From an uncultured Candidatus Rokubacteria bacterium (lineage in GTDB: Bacteria; Methylomirabilota; Methylomirabilia; Rokubacteriales; CSP1-6), in contig CAVWFS010000015.1 of the NCBI GenBank assembly GCA_963754315.1, forward strand, positions 192,001 through 256,000: a stretch of 64,000 nucleotides of DNA, read 5' to 3'. Positions 21,801 through 30,080 of the stretch are shown piece after piece. Numbering within the stretch: the stretch's first letter is position 1; each line of letters starts with the position of its first letter. The position numbers and the translations under genes are program-made. Below the pieces are notes generated by a model. The model saw only the letters and a list, made by a program, of their open reading frames with translations. It searched no databases and was not told where the DNA came from.

Positions 21801-22137
21801 CCGGCTCGCCACCGACGCCCTCGCGCAAGCCGTGGCGCAGAAAGAGCGGGGAAATCAGGTTTACGCGCTCCGTCTCCTGGGCAAGGCGGCCATCTATGCG
21901 CCGGATGTCGATCCGGCGCGCGCCGAGGAACACCTCGGGCGGGCGATCTCGCTTGCTGAAGAGCTCGGGATGCGTCCGTTACGTGCTCGCTGCTACCTCC
22001 TGCTCGGTCAGCTCGTCCGGGCCAAGGGTTCGCCCGCGGCCGCCGATCACATCCGCACGGCCGCCGCGTTGTTCCAGGACATGAATATGCGTTACTGGCT
22101 CGAGTACGCTCAGGCCGAGCTCAGAGTGGTGGCTTAG
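18889..22137 (+). CDS. Zinc-ribbon + class III nucleotide cyclase + AAA ATPase + TPR protein
   Basis: CPRC/CSQC; VTVLFADLKGS and MGDGIMA cyclase Asp motifs; Walker A GEVGVGKS, Walker B VLVFEDLQW, GNPLFLEE; helical repeat C-terminus. Confidence 0.92.
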   Translation: MTCPRCQRETPADAKFCSQCGTRLGTAPGGPTRTAVVAERPLASSGDSERKQVTVLFADLKGSMELLADRDPEEAQNLLDPVLEHMMEAVHHHQGTVNQVMGDGIMALFGAPIAHEDHAVRACYAALRMQESVAGYGDNVLRQYGAPLQIRVGLNSGEVVVRTLGGDLHTNYAAVGQTVHLAARMEQMAKPGSIFATVDTVRLARPWIEAKSLGPVKIRGLESSVEVFEVIGVGAAHSRLQAAATRGLTRFVGREVEMRILREALDRARSGENHVVGLVGEVGVGKSRLLREFVGAPWLGDCLVLESGSVAYGSATAYKPGVEILRRYFRIETGDDARMAQEKVAGKLLMLDRSLEDAVMPLLAVVGALPEDSPFRALAPTERRQRAAEAILRLMQRESAARPVVLVFEDLQWAHQQTRRALDVVVSALPPRTLLIVSYRPEYDDGWLGRPNYTRLHVDPLTPAIAQDLLATLLGGGSELLPLTRRLIERTEGNPLFLEECVRSLVETRALTGERGAYRLVAPPTALEIPPTVQAVLAARIDRLSQEDKRLLQSAAVIGEDVPVDLLAALARLTPADLRIPLAHLERAELLAERWGTAAPEYHFTHSLTHSVAYETLLHERRRQLHAEIVTAMERLYDDHLDDHLDRLAHHAFRGEVWDKAATYQHRAGVRSLATFAGREAVSYLEGALQSLSHLPDGPAVRQQAIDIRLELRNALIPHGQHSEIFAHLREAQRLAESLDDPQRLGRVLSFLSNHYWNVGVPDLALDAGRRALELAEASGDLPLQIVGNFSMGGTHRGLGNYPDCIHYMQRVIALLERDLTYEFFGQHGLPAVLARSHLVWSLAELGQFREATVAAEESIGIAEAAQHAYTLSHAYLGLGGVLVRQGRFQSAIPVLERGLTSSERAPFLFPPLAADLAVALARTGGLMRGLELAEQAVDRARTMGRLGRLPLLITHLADLSLMAGRHADALRLATDALAQAVAQKERGNQVYALRLLGKAAIYAPDVDPARAEEHLGRAISLAEELGMRPLRARCYLLLGQLVRAKGSPAAADHIRTAAALFQDMNMRYWLEYAQAELRVVA

Positions 22138-22138
22138 C

Positions 22139-22450
22139 TCATCGAAAGATGGGGCCACGCGCGGGGTCGAGGGTGACGAGGCCCATGGGCTGTCCGGCGG
22201 CCAGGTGGTCGGGATCGCCCTCGACGCGCGCCGTGATGCGTGGGCCCTCCACGAGTTCGAGGAGACCGACCGCGTAGGGCGCGTCTGCGGCATACCGCGC
22301 GGGTGGGACGCGAATCACCGTCCACGAGACGAGTCGTCCGCGCCCCGAGAGGCTGACCGCCTCCCCACCTTCGGCACCGCAGAATCGACAGGTCGCGGCG
22401 TTCACGGATAGCTTTCCGCACTCGGTGCAGCGCCGCGCGGGCAGCATCAC
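22139..22450 (-). CDS. DUF35 Zn-ribbon/OB-fold protein (thiolase partner)
   Basis: CTECG/CRFCG, GRLVSWTVI, PYAVGLLEL.EG; coupled to the thiolase. Confidence 0.88.
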   Translation of the reverse strand: MMLPARRCTECGKLSVNAATCRFCGAEGGEAVSLSGRGRLVSWTVIRVPPARYAADAPYAVGLLELVEGPRITARVEGDPDHLAAGQPMGLVTLDPARGPIFR

Positions 22451-23604
22451 AGTCGCCCGAGGATGGTGACTGTGCTCACCACGCCCGTTCCACCAAGATT
22501 GTGGGCGAGGGCGAACTCACAGTTACCCACCTGGTTTGCGGCCTCGTCCCTGAGCTGCCTGACAAGCTCGTAGACCTGAGCGCAGCCGGTCGCGCCCACC
22601 GGGTGGCCCTTCGCGATAAGGCCACCAGAAGGGTTCACCGCGACCTTGCCGTCAGGTGCGGTCCAGCCCTCGGCGACGGCGTGCCCCCCCTGGCCGGGCG
22701 CGAAGAATCCCAGGTCCTCGGTGGCGACGATTTCAGCTGTCGTGAAGCAGTCGTGCACTTCTGCCACATCGATGTCACCCGGGGTGACACCGGCCATCGC
22801 GTACGCTTCTCGAGCGGCCCGAACGGTCGCCGGAAACGTCGTGATGTCGTCCATCTCCCACAAGGTGGCCGGTCCGGTCGCATGCCCGGTACCGAGGACG
22901 CGCACTGGCCGACGATGAAAGTCCCTCGCCTGATCGGCAGGACACAGGACGATGGCGGCTGCTCCGTCGGAGATGGGCGGGCAGTCGAAAAGCCGCAGCG
23001 GGTCTGCGATGAGCCGCGAAGTGAGCACTTCCTCGAGCCGCACCGGCTTTCGGAACTGCGCCTTGGGATTCGCCGCGCCCAGGCCATGATTCTTCACCGA
23101 CACGAGCCCTACCTGCTCGCGGGTCGTCCCATGGCGAGCCATGTGCTCACGCGTGATGACGGCAAACGCACCCGGGAATGTCAGGCCGGACCTCATTTCC
23201 GTCTCTTCGTCACCCGCGGTGGCGAGGCCGGCCGTCACCTCCGCCGTCGACGCCGCGGTCATCTTCTCGGCGCCGGCCGCGAGCACAAAATCGTAGAGTC
23301 CGAGCGCGATCCCGAGCACACCCAGCCGGAACGCGATGCCCCCGGACGCACAAGCGCCTTCCGTCTTGGTGGCAGGAATGCCGCAGATACCGAGCCGGTT
23401 GGCCACCATCCCGGCGAGGGCACCCTGACCAGCCAGCCGCTCACCGATGAAGTTTCCGACGTACAACGCCTGAATCTTCTCACGGGGGACCGCCGCATCG
23501 GCGAGCGCCTCGCGACACGCGGCCACCGCGATGTCCACGAGTCCGCGCCCTTCCAGCTTGCCAAACGGAGTCGACCCGACGCCGATGATCGCGACATCCC
23601 TCAT
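22447..23604 (-). CDS. Thiolase, SCP-x/archaeal type
   Basis: EGACASG, DCPPISDGAAA, EVHDCF, NPSGGLIAKGHPVGATG, HNLGG. Confidence 0.92.
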   Translation of the reverse strand: MRDVAIIGVGSTPFGKLEGRGLVDIAVAACREALADAAVPREKIQALYVGNFIGERLAGQGALAGMVANRLGICGIPATKTEGACASGGIAFRLGVLGIALGLYDFVLAAGAEKMTAASTAEVTAGLATAGDEETEMRSGLTFPGAFAVITREHMARHGTTREQVGLVSVKNHGLGAANPKAQFRKPVRLEEVLTSRLIADPLRLFDCPPISDGAAAIVLCPADQARDFHRRPVRVLGTGHATGPATLWEMDDITTFPATVRAAREAYAMAGVTPGDIDVAEVHDCFTTAEIVATEDLGFFAPGQGGHAVAEGWTAPDGKVAVNPSGGLIAKGHPVGATGCAQVYELVRQLRDEAANQVGNCEFALAHNLGGTGVVSTVTILGRL

Positions 23605-23626
23605 GGAAAACCCTTTCATTGTATGG

Positions 23627-23877
23627 GGGGCCCCGAACAGGCCCCCCAGGCCCCCCGCGCTCGGGGCGGCCCGGGGTACCCGGGCCACCCCTCGGTCTCA
23701 CTCCGCGGCTTGTTGGGGCCCCGAACAGGCCCCCCAGGCCCCCCGCGCTCGGGGCGGCCCGGGGTACCCGGGCCACCCCTCGGTCTCACTCCGCGGCTTG
23801 TTGGGGCCCGACAGCCCCCAGGCCCCCCGCGCTCGGGCGGCGGGTACCCGGGCCACCCCTCGGTGTCACTCGGCGGC
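23627..23877. repeat. Tandem array of ~3 copies of an 88-bp palindromic unit
   Basis: Copies start at 23627, 23715 and 23803; first two identical, third has small deletions; internal hairpin GGGGCGGCCCGG...CCGGGCCACCCC. Confidence 0.92.
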
Positions 23878-24018
23878 CGGGTGCCCGATCCGTGCGGCCA
23901 CGCCTCGAGCCCACACGTTCGAAGCCAGCTGCGCTTGTAGGATGTCACACCTACGGCGGTTGGTCACGCGCTTGACGGTGAGGAGTCCGGTTCGCGGGGA
24001 TGGAACCCTGTGACTTCC

Positions 24019-24355
24019 TCAGGAGGGTCGGGGCACGACGACAATTTCCACTCGCCGAGCCGCGTCCGGGCCCCAGCCGCGGACTACTCTCGTCGACGAT
24101 GGCGAGGGTGCTCGCGACAACACCAGCGTGCTCCAGAGGAGCCGGGAGTACCAGGCGATATCCGCCTCGCGGACCTCTGGTGAGGGATGGCGCGACGACG
24201 GCGCCGAGCTCCCGATGAATCGCGTCGGTGACCTCCACCTGCCGCGCGACGCGTGCAGCGCGCCTTTCTTGCAGGTGTCCACTCAGTAACAGGAGAGCGA
24301 TCGTCAGGACGAAAGGCGCTGCAGTTATCGCCACGACCCCGAGCAGAGTAAGCAT
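24019..24355 (-). CDS. Small membrane-anchored hypothetical protein, probable frameshift near 24093
   Basis: N-terminal TM helix MLTLLGVVAITAAPFVLTIALLLL; protein-like C-terminus RVVRGWGPDAARRVEIVVVPRPS lies in a shifted frame. Confidence 0.55.
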
Positions 24356-24392
24356 CTGCGTCTCCTCTGCTTCTTGCGACACCGGGCGGCGG

Positions 24393-25361
24393 CTACTGTG
24401 AAATCGGATGAAGATCCGGACGGCAATCGGTGCACGGCGCCAGCCCAGCCGCCTCGGCTCGGTTTTGCGAGCCGAAGTATCGCAGGCGTTGCGGCTGCTC
24501 GAGGGTGGTCAACCAGGAGCACGACGGCAGGCAGTACGATGCCTCGGCCGGATACGACACATACATCAACCGGCGATCGACCTGAGGTCCCGTCTGGCCA
24601 GCCACCGTGCGCACCCCCTCGGTCGCCAGCAGACGCTCCTTGAGGCCAACCTTGTTGCCGGCGTAACCGACCAGGGCGCCGTCGGCACCGACAATGCGGT
24701 GACAGGGAACCACGATCGGCAACGGATTCCAGCGCAGAGCCTGAGCAACCGCCCGCGCTCCCGATGGCTTGCCTACCTCTCCGGCGAGGCCTGCATACGA
24801 CGTCACGGCGCCGTAGGGAATCGCCGCCGTCATGCGCAACACGGCGCGCTGAAAGTCTGAACGGGCCAGCCGCAGATCGAGCGGCCAGTCCAGCCGGGTT
24901 CGCTTGCCCTCGAGGAACTCCATCAGCTCGCGGTAGAGGGCTTCGATGTCCGAGCCGTCCTCGACGATCTGCACACCGGCCGCCTTGGCCAGACGCGAGT
25001 GCAAAGACGCTCCCGCGTGGTCGAGGTACTCGATCAGGGTCACCCCTTCCTCGGAGCGTGCGATCAGGATCGGTCCCAGCGGGGAATCGAAGACGCGAGC
25101 CACCAGGAGGCGTCGTCGCAGGTCGGCCAGGCCCGCCTCGATGCGCTGACGGCTCTGGGCAACCGCGACATCGACGCTCGGGATACGCCAGGTCCCGATG
25201 GCCTGCTCGAGGGATCGATACCGCTCGAGCTCGCGGGCGCACGGTTCACATGTACGGACATGTCCGTCGACCCGGGCCACCATCGGCTCCTGACCCTCAC
25301 CGGTGGCGACGGCAATCAGGTCTTGCTCGATCTCAGCACACACACTCGGCTTTCGGGTCAT
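24393..25361 (-). CDS. Fusion protein: zf-HC2/ZAS anti-sigma domain + methylated-DNA-[protein]-cysteine S-methyltransferase + C-terminal Ada Zn-binding domain
   Basis: C8...HVRTCEPC; DSPLG, FQRAVL, IPYG, ARAVAQAL, NPLPIVVPCHRIV, LLATEG; YCLPSC-x28-CTDCRP. Confidence 0.9.
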   Translation of the reverse strand: MTRKPSVCAEIEQDLIAVATGEGQEPMVARVDGHVRTCEPCARELERYRSLEQAIGTWRIPSVDVAVAQSRQRIEAGLADLRRRLLVARVFDSPLGPILIARSEEGVTLIEYLDHAGASLHSRLAKAAGVQIVEDGSDIEALYRELMEFLEGKRTRLDWPLDLRLARSDFQRAVLRMTAAIPYGAVTSYAGLAGEVGKPSGARAVAQALRWNPLPIVVPCHRIVGADGALVGYAGNKVGLKERLLATEGVRTVAGQTGPQVDRRLMYVSYPAEASYCLPSCSWLTTLEQPQRLRYFGSQNRAEAAGLAPCTDCRPDLHPISQ

Positions 25362-25882
25362 CGCTCGAGCTCCGTGACGAAATCTTGCTCCTTCAGGCTC
25401 TGGCGGATTTTCTTGAGCGCCTGGAAGACGTTGGCCCGGGCGCTCTCGACGGAACAGGTCAGGTTCTGGGCGATGACCTCGTAATCGAGATCGTGGACTT
25501 TCCTCAGGATGAAGGCCGCCCGCTGTCGGAGGGGCAGCCTGGACACGACAACGTCAAGCCGCGATTGCGTCTCACTCAGCTGGGAAACGGCCGCCGGGTC
25601 GACGCCATCGAGCTCGGTCGTGCTCTCGCGGAGGGCGCTGTGGGCCAGACGGCGACGTCGTTCGGCCCGGAAGTGGTTACGCGTCAGGTTGGTCGCGATC
25701 GTGAACAGCCACGCCCGCACGTTCGCATCCGGCGTCAGGCCTCGATAGGCTCGGTAGGCTCGCAAAAACGTCTCCTGGACAAGGTCTTCTGCCTCGCTAG
25801 CCCGGTAGGTCATTCGCGCCAGGTAGCGGAAGATCTCGCCGTGGTGCGCCTCGACCAGTGTCTCGAAGGGCTGTTGGCCCAT
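25358..25882 (-). CDS. ECF RNA polymerase sigma factor
   Basis: AEDLVQETFLRAY, AWLFTIATN (region 2); LPLRQRAAFILR, YEVIAQ (region 4); ATGA overlap with the downstream gene. Confidence 0.92.
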   Translation of the reverse strand: MGQQPFETLVEAHHGEIFRYLARMTYRASEAEDLVQETFLRAYRAYRGLTPDANVRAWLFTIATNLTRNHFRAERRRRLAHSALRESTTELDGVDPAAVSQLSETQSRLDVVVSRLPLRQRAAFILRKVHDLDYEVIAQNLTCSVESARANVFQALKKIRQSLKEQDFVTELER

Positions 25883-25933
25883 CACCCTATGAGACACCTT
25901 CGAGCGCCGAACGTGAAAGCACGGTCCATCGCC

Positions 25934-27589
25934 TCAGAAGCGCGAGGCCTTGAGGGTCACGTCGGCCCGGCTCCAGGCTTTCTCAAAGCGCAGCTCGACG
26001 ATGCCTGCCTCGGCCGGGCGGTCTTGAGCGCGGAGACTCTGGGCCAGCCCGAACAATGACCAGCCATTGAGTGGATTACGCTCCAGATCTGCCCGGTAAA
26101 CTTCCTCGGCCTCGGCAGGACGTCCCCCCTCGAGCAGGGCGGCGCCAAGGGCCTGGCGTACGGGGAAGTACCAGGGGGGCGGCTCCGTGAACCAGTGGCC
26201 GTCCTGAGCCTGGATCGCCGCCGAGAAGTGGCGGACGGCGGTGTCGGTATCCCCTCCTCGGGCGGCGATCTCTCCCGCGAGCGTATCGCTTGCCAGCCGT
26301 AGCATGTCTGCCTGCTTGAAGAACCCGATCGTCCGGTCGCTCGGCACCCTCTCGGCCAGATTTCTCAGCGCGGTCAGCTCGGCCCGCGCCTGTCCCGCCC
26401 GCCCGGTGGCAGCGAACGCGAGGCCCCGTGAGTAGTGCCAGGCACCCATCACGTAGAACTGGCCGGCGGCCGGTGTCTTCTCCTGCAGGATCTCCGTCCA
26501 CCGCCCGAAGCGGGCCAGCGCGAAATACGGCGCCGCCGGGCCTGTTTCCATCTCCGGCATCGTCCGCACCATGTCCGCGGGAACCGCCGCGCGAAACTCG
26601 CGGGCGGCTCGGATGGTGTCCGCGCTCCGGCCCTCCATGCTGGCGGCCAGCCAGATGAAGTCGATGTTGTGTGGGTAGTAGCCCATGCGGTAGGCGGAAC
26701 TCGGCTGGGTCTTCTTGAAGTATGCGCGGTCCGCCGCCACGGCGCGCTCGTTGGCGGCCACCGCGTCGGCGTACCGGCCCACTCTCAGATAGATGTGCGA
26801 GGGCATGTGAACCAGATGTCCCGCGCCAGGCATGAGTGGCCCCAGACGGTCGGCGGCGTCGGTGGCCCGCCCGGGGTCGGGACTCGCCTCCACCGCGTGA
26901 ATGTACAGATGGTTGGCGCCAGGGTGATCCGGGGCCGCGGCCAGCACCCGCTCGAGGACCTGGACGATTTCCTCGGTACCAGGCTGGGGCTTGCCGTCCT
27001 CGGTCCACAAGTGCCATGGCCGCATGTTCATCAGGGCATCCGCGAAGAGGGTGCCAATGTCGACATCGTCCGGGAAGCGTCGGTTGGCCTCGCGCATGGC
27101 AGCCGCGTATGCGCGGTCGAGGGCCGCCCGGTCGGCTTTGGTATCGGCCGAGTGCCGGGCCGCCAGCGCCTCGATGAGCGCCTGCTCGCGTTCCGACGCA
27201 CCACCAGCTCGGGCGCGTGCGGTCTGGATGGCTTCCCAGGCTCCCCGCTCGCGCTCGGGGTCGGTGGGGCTGTTGTAGTTGGAGCCGTAGGTGAGCGCGA
27301 CCCCCCAGTAACAGATCGCGCACTCCCCATCGAGGCGCGCCGCTTCGCGAAAGGCCCGCTGCGCCTCGTCGTAGTTGAAGGCATACACCAGGCGCAGCCC
27401 TTGATCGAAGTACGCCTGGGCCTGGGGCGACGAGGTGGTGATCTTGCGATGGTAGGTCCCGAGATCCTCGAAGAGGGGCGGCGGAGTGTCGGCGACTTCG
27501 CGCGCGTGCTGATGGTGGCCCGTCGGAGTCGAGCATCCACTCGTCAACACCAAGGTCATGAAGGGCACGAACCGCCACCAAGCGCGCAT
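25934..27589 (-). CDS. TPR-containing putative lipoprotein
   Basis: Lipobox-like LTSGC; AQAYFDQGL, HPGANHLYIH, GHLVHMPSHIY; helical repeats. Confidence 0.8.
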   Translation of the reverse strand: MRAWWRFVPFMTLVLTSGCSTPTGHHQHAREVADTPPPLFEDLGTYHRKITTSSPQAQAYFDQGLRLVYAFNYDEAQRAFREAARLDGECAICYWGVALTYGSNYNSPTDPERERGAWEAIQTARARAGGASEREQALIEALAARHSADTKADRAALDRAYAAAMREANRRFPDDVDIGTLFADALMNMRPWHLWTEDGKPQPGTEEIVQVLERVLAAAPDHPGANHLYIHAVEASPDPGRATDAADRLGPLMPGAGHLVHMPSHIYLRVGRYADAVAANERAVAADRAYFKKTQPSSAYRMGYYPHNIDFIWLAASMEGRSADTIRAAREFRAAVPADMVRTMPEMETGPAAPYFALARFGRWTEILQEKTPAAGQFYVMGAWHYSRGLAFAATGRAGQARAELTALRNLAERVPSDRTIGFFKQADMLRLASDTLAGEIAARGGDTDTAVRHFSAAIQAQDGHWFTEPPPWYFPVRQALGAALLEGGRPAEAEEVYRADLERNPLNGWSLFGLAQSLRAQDRPAEAGIVELRFEKAWSRADVTLKASRF

Positions 27590-27741
27590 GATCAGCTCCC
27601 TCGCGTGCGGCCCGCCTTCAGCGGGCTGCTCGGCCGTGAGCGCGGCCGTCCTCGATTGTATGATGGTCAGCCAGGGAGGGCTGCCTGCATGCCTGTCGAT
27701 CGACCGGGAGCGTTTCCGCGGCTCGTGCCGGGCGCGCCCCG

Positions 27742-28578
27742 ATGAGCGCGCTGGTCACCACCACCTGGCTCGCCGGGGAGCTAGGTGCCCCCGATCTGCG
27801 CATCATCGACGGCTCCTGGCACATGCCCGCACTCACCCGCGATGCTCGCGCAGAGTTCACGGCCGCCCACATCCCGGGAGCCGTCTTCTTCGACATCGAC
27901 CGGATCGCAGACACCTCTGTCGCCCTCCCGCACATGCTGCCAAGCGCGTCCGCCTTCTCGTCCAGTGTGGGCGCCCTCGGCATCGGCAATGATGACCGGG
28001 TCGTCGTCTACGACGTGCGCGGTGTGGTCAGCGCAGCCCGCGTCTGGTGGATGTTCCGCGCCTTCGGCCACGAGCGGGTGTCGGTGCTCGACGGAGGCCT
28101 TCCAGCGTGGCGCGCGGAGGGCCGGCCCCTCGAGCAGGGCGAGCCGAGACCGACGGCGCGCCACTTTGTCGCGCACTTCCGTCCCGAGCTGGTCCGCGAC
28201 GTCGCGGCCGTCCGAGACAATCTCGTCACCGAGCGCGAGCAAGTCGTCGATGCGCGATCACGAGGGCGCTTCGCCGGCACGGAGCCCGAGCCGCGCGCGG
28301 GACTCCGGAGAGGTCACATTCCCGGGAGCGTGAACGTGCCCTACGAGATCCTGTATCGGGACGATGGGACATTGTTACCGCCCCCCGCCCTGCGCGAAGC
28401 CTTCGCGCAAGCAGGCGTGCAGCTCGACAAACCGATCGTGACCTCGTGCGGCTCGGGCATCACCGCCTGCGTGCTCGCCCTCGGTCTGCACGTCCTCGGT
28501 CGAGAAGACGCGGCCGTCTACGACGGATCCTGGACGGATTGGGGAGGCCGCGCCGATACCCCCATCGACGGTCCGTGA
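27742..28578 (+). CDS. sseA: 3-mercaptopyruvate sulfurtransferase (two-domain rhodanese)
   Basis: HIPGAVFFDID, PHMLP, ARVWW, active loop CGSGITA, YDGSW. Confidence 0.93.
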   Translation: MSALVTTTWLAGELGAPDLRIIDGSWHMPALTRDARAEFTAAHIPGAVFFDIDRIADTSVALPHMLPSASAFSSSVGALGIGNDDRVVVYDVRGVVSAARVWWMFRAFGHERVSVLDGGLPAWRAEGRPLEQGEPRPTARHFVAHFRPELVRDVAAVRDNLVTEREQVVDARSRGRFAGTEPEPRAGLRRGHIPGSVNVPYEILYRDDGTLLPPPALREAFAQAGVQLDKPIVTSCGSGITACVLALGLHVLGREDAAVYDGSWTDWGGRADTPIDGP

Positions 28579-28612
28579 GCCGCTGAACACCGAGCTCGCC
28601 GCGGTCTATGTC

Positions 28613-29074
28613 GTGGTCGGCCTGCTCTTCGCGGCAGGCCTGGCGGGGTCGGTCCTCCCGTTCGTCCCGGGGCCACCGCTGATCTTCGGAGGCGCCCTCA
28701 TTTACGCGTTCGCTACCGACTGGACCCCCGTCGGCGCTGGCCGCCTGATCATTCTCGCCGTCCTGGCGGCGCTGGCTTACGTGCTGGGCCATGTCGCCGG
28801 GGCGCTAGGCGTCAAGCGCTTCGGGGGCAGCTGGTGGGCGGTGGGAGGCGCCCTCGTCGGCGCCATCGTGGGAGTCTTCCTGGGCCCGCTGGGACTGATC
28901 CTGGGGCCTATGCTCGGCGCCGTTGCCGGCGAGTTCTTGCGCGCGGGCGACATCGAGCGAAGCACGCGCAGCGGGATCGGGGCCCTGGCCGGGATGGCAG
29001 CCGGCATCGTCGCCAACCTCGGCCTGGCCGTCGTCATGATCGTGCTGTTCCTGTGGTGGGTCTGGCGGGGCTGA
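28613..29074 (+). CDS. DUF456 family membrane protein (start may be CTG 28583)
   Basis: GSVLPFVPGPPL, KRFGGS, GLILGP.LGA..GE. Confidence 0.82.
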   Translation: MVGLLFAAGLAGSVLPFVPGPPLIFGGALIYAFATDWTPVGAGRLIILAVLAALAYVLGHVAGALGVKRFGGSWWAVGGALVGAIVGVFLGPLGLILGPMLGAVAGEFLRAGDIERSTRSGIGALAGMAAGIVANLGLAVVMIVLFLWWVWRG

Positions 29075-29124
29075 GGAGGGATAGCGACATCCGGAGTGGC
29101 GCGGCAGCGCCTGAAAGGACGACC

Positions 29125-29988
29125 ATGCGCACGACCACGAGGCTTCGACGGATGCTGCAGGCCCCAGGGATTGTCGTCGCCCCCGGCGCCTACGATGGGT
29201 TCTCGGCGCGGCTCATCGAGGCGGCTGGCTTCTCGACGGTCTACATGACGGGAGCCGGCACCGCCGCCTCCCACCTGGGCCAGCCCGATCTCGGTCTTGC
29301 CACCATGACCGAGATGGCCGCCCACGCGCGCCATCTGGCCGCGTGCGTCTCGCTGCCGCTCATCGCCGATGCCGATACGGGCTACGGCAACGTCCTCAAC
29401 GTGGTACGCACCGTGCGGGAATACGAACGGGCAGGGGTAGCCGGTTTGCACCTCGAGGATCAAGTGGCCCCCAAGAAGTGCGGCCACATCGCCGGCAAGC
29501 AGGTGATTCCGGCCAGGGAGTTCGCGGACAAGATCCGCGCGGCCGTGGAATACCGGACGGACCCCGACTTCGTGATCATCGCGCGCACCGATGCGCGCGC
29601 AGTCACGGGCCTCGATGATGCCATCGAGCGCGGCAACCTGTACGCGGAGGCAGGGGCCGACATCATCTTCGTGGAGGCCCCGCAAAGCGCCGACGAGATC
29701 CACCGCGTGGCGCAGGAGGTCAAGGCCCCCCTGCTCGCCAACATGGTGCAAGGGGGAAAGACACCGGCGGTCAAGGTTGCGGAGCTGGAGCGACTCGGAT
29801 TCAAGCTGGTCATCTTTCCGGCCGTCTGCATGGCGGCAGCGGTGACCGCCATCGAGACGGCTTTGAATCGTTTGCAGGAGACCGGAACGGACTGGCACGA
29901 TGGCCGGGCCCTCGGTCCGATGGACATCTTCCGCAAGGTCGGTTTCGACTGGTGGCAGGCCATCGAGACGCGCTTCACGTCAGCCTGA
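29125..29988 (+). CDS. Isocitrate lyase/PEP mutase family enzyme (PrpB/oxaloacetate decarboxylase/dimethylmalate lyase-like)
   Basis: [28 protein letters not shown]. Confidence 0.9.
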   Translation: MRTTTRLRRMLQAPGIVVAPGAYDGFSARLIEAAGFSTVYMTGAGTAASHLGQPDLGLATMTEMAAHARHLAACVSLPLIADADTGYGNVLNVVRTVREYERAGVAGLHLEDQVAPKKCGHIAGKQVIPAREFADKIRAAVEYRTDPDFVIIARTDARAVTGLDDAIERGNLYAEAGADIIFVEAPQSADEIHRVAQEVKAPLLANMVQGGKTPAVKVAELERLGFKLVIFPAVCMAAAVTAIETALNRLQETGTDWHDGRALGPMDIFRKVGFDWWQAIETRFTSA

Positions 29989-30080
29989 GGTTCCGGCGCC
30001 AGCCCGCGACCTCTTCGCCCCCTCATACCGAGGCCGCGGTATCATCTAGCAGCACTACTCGTGAGCACAGGAGACCTGTT

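Noticed and set aside
22139..23604. Thiolase-DUF35 pair as a novel system
   Set aside because: Well-known conserved pairing
23627..23877. Possible CRISPR array
   Set aside because: Units are 88 bp and contiguous with no unique spacers; no cas genes in the window
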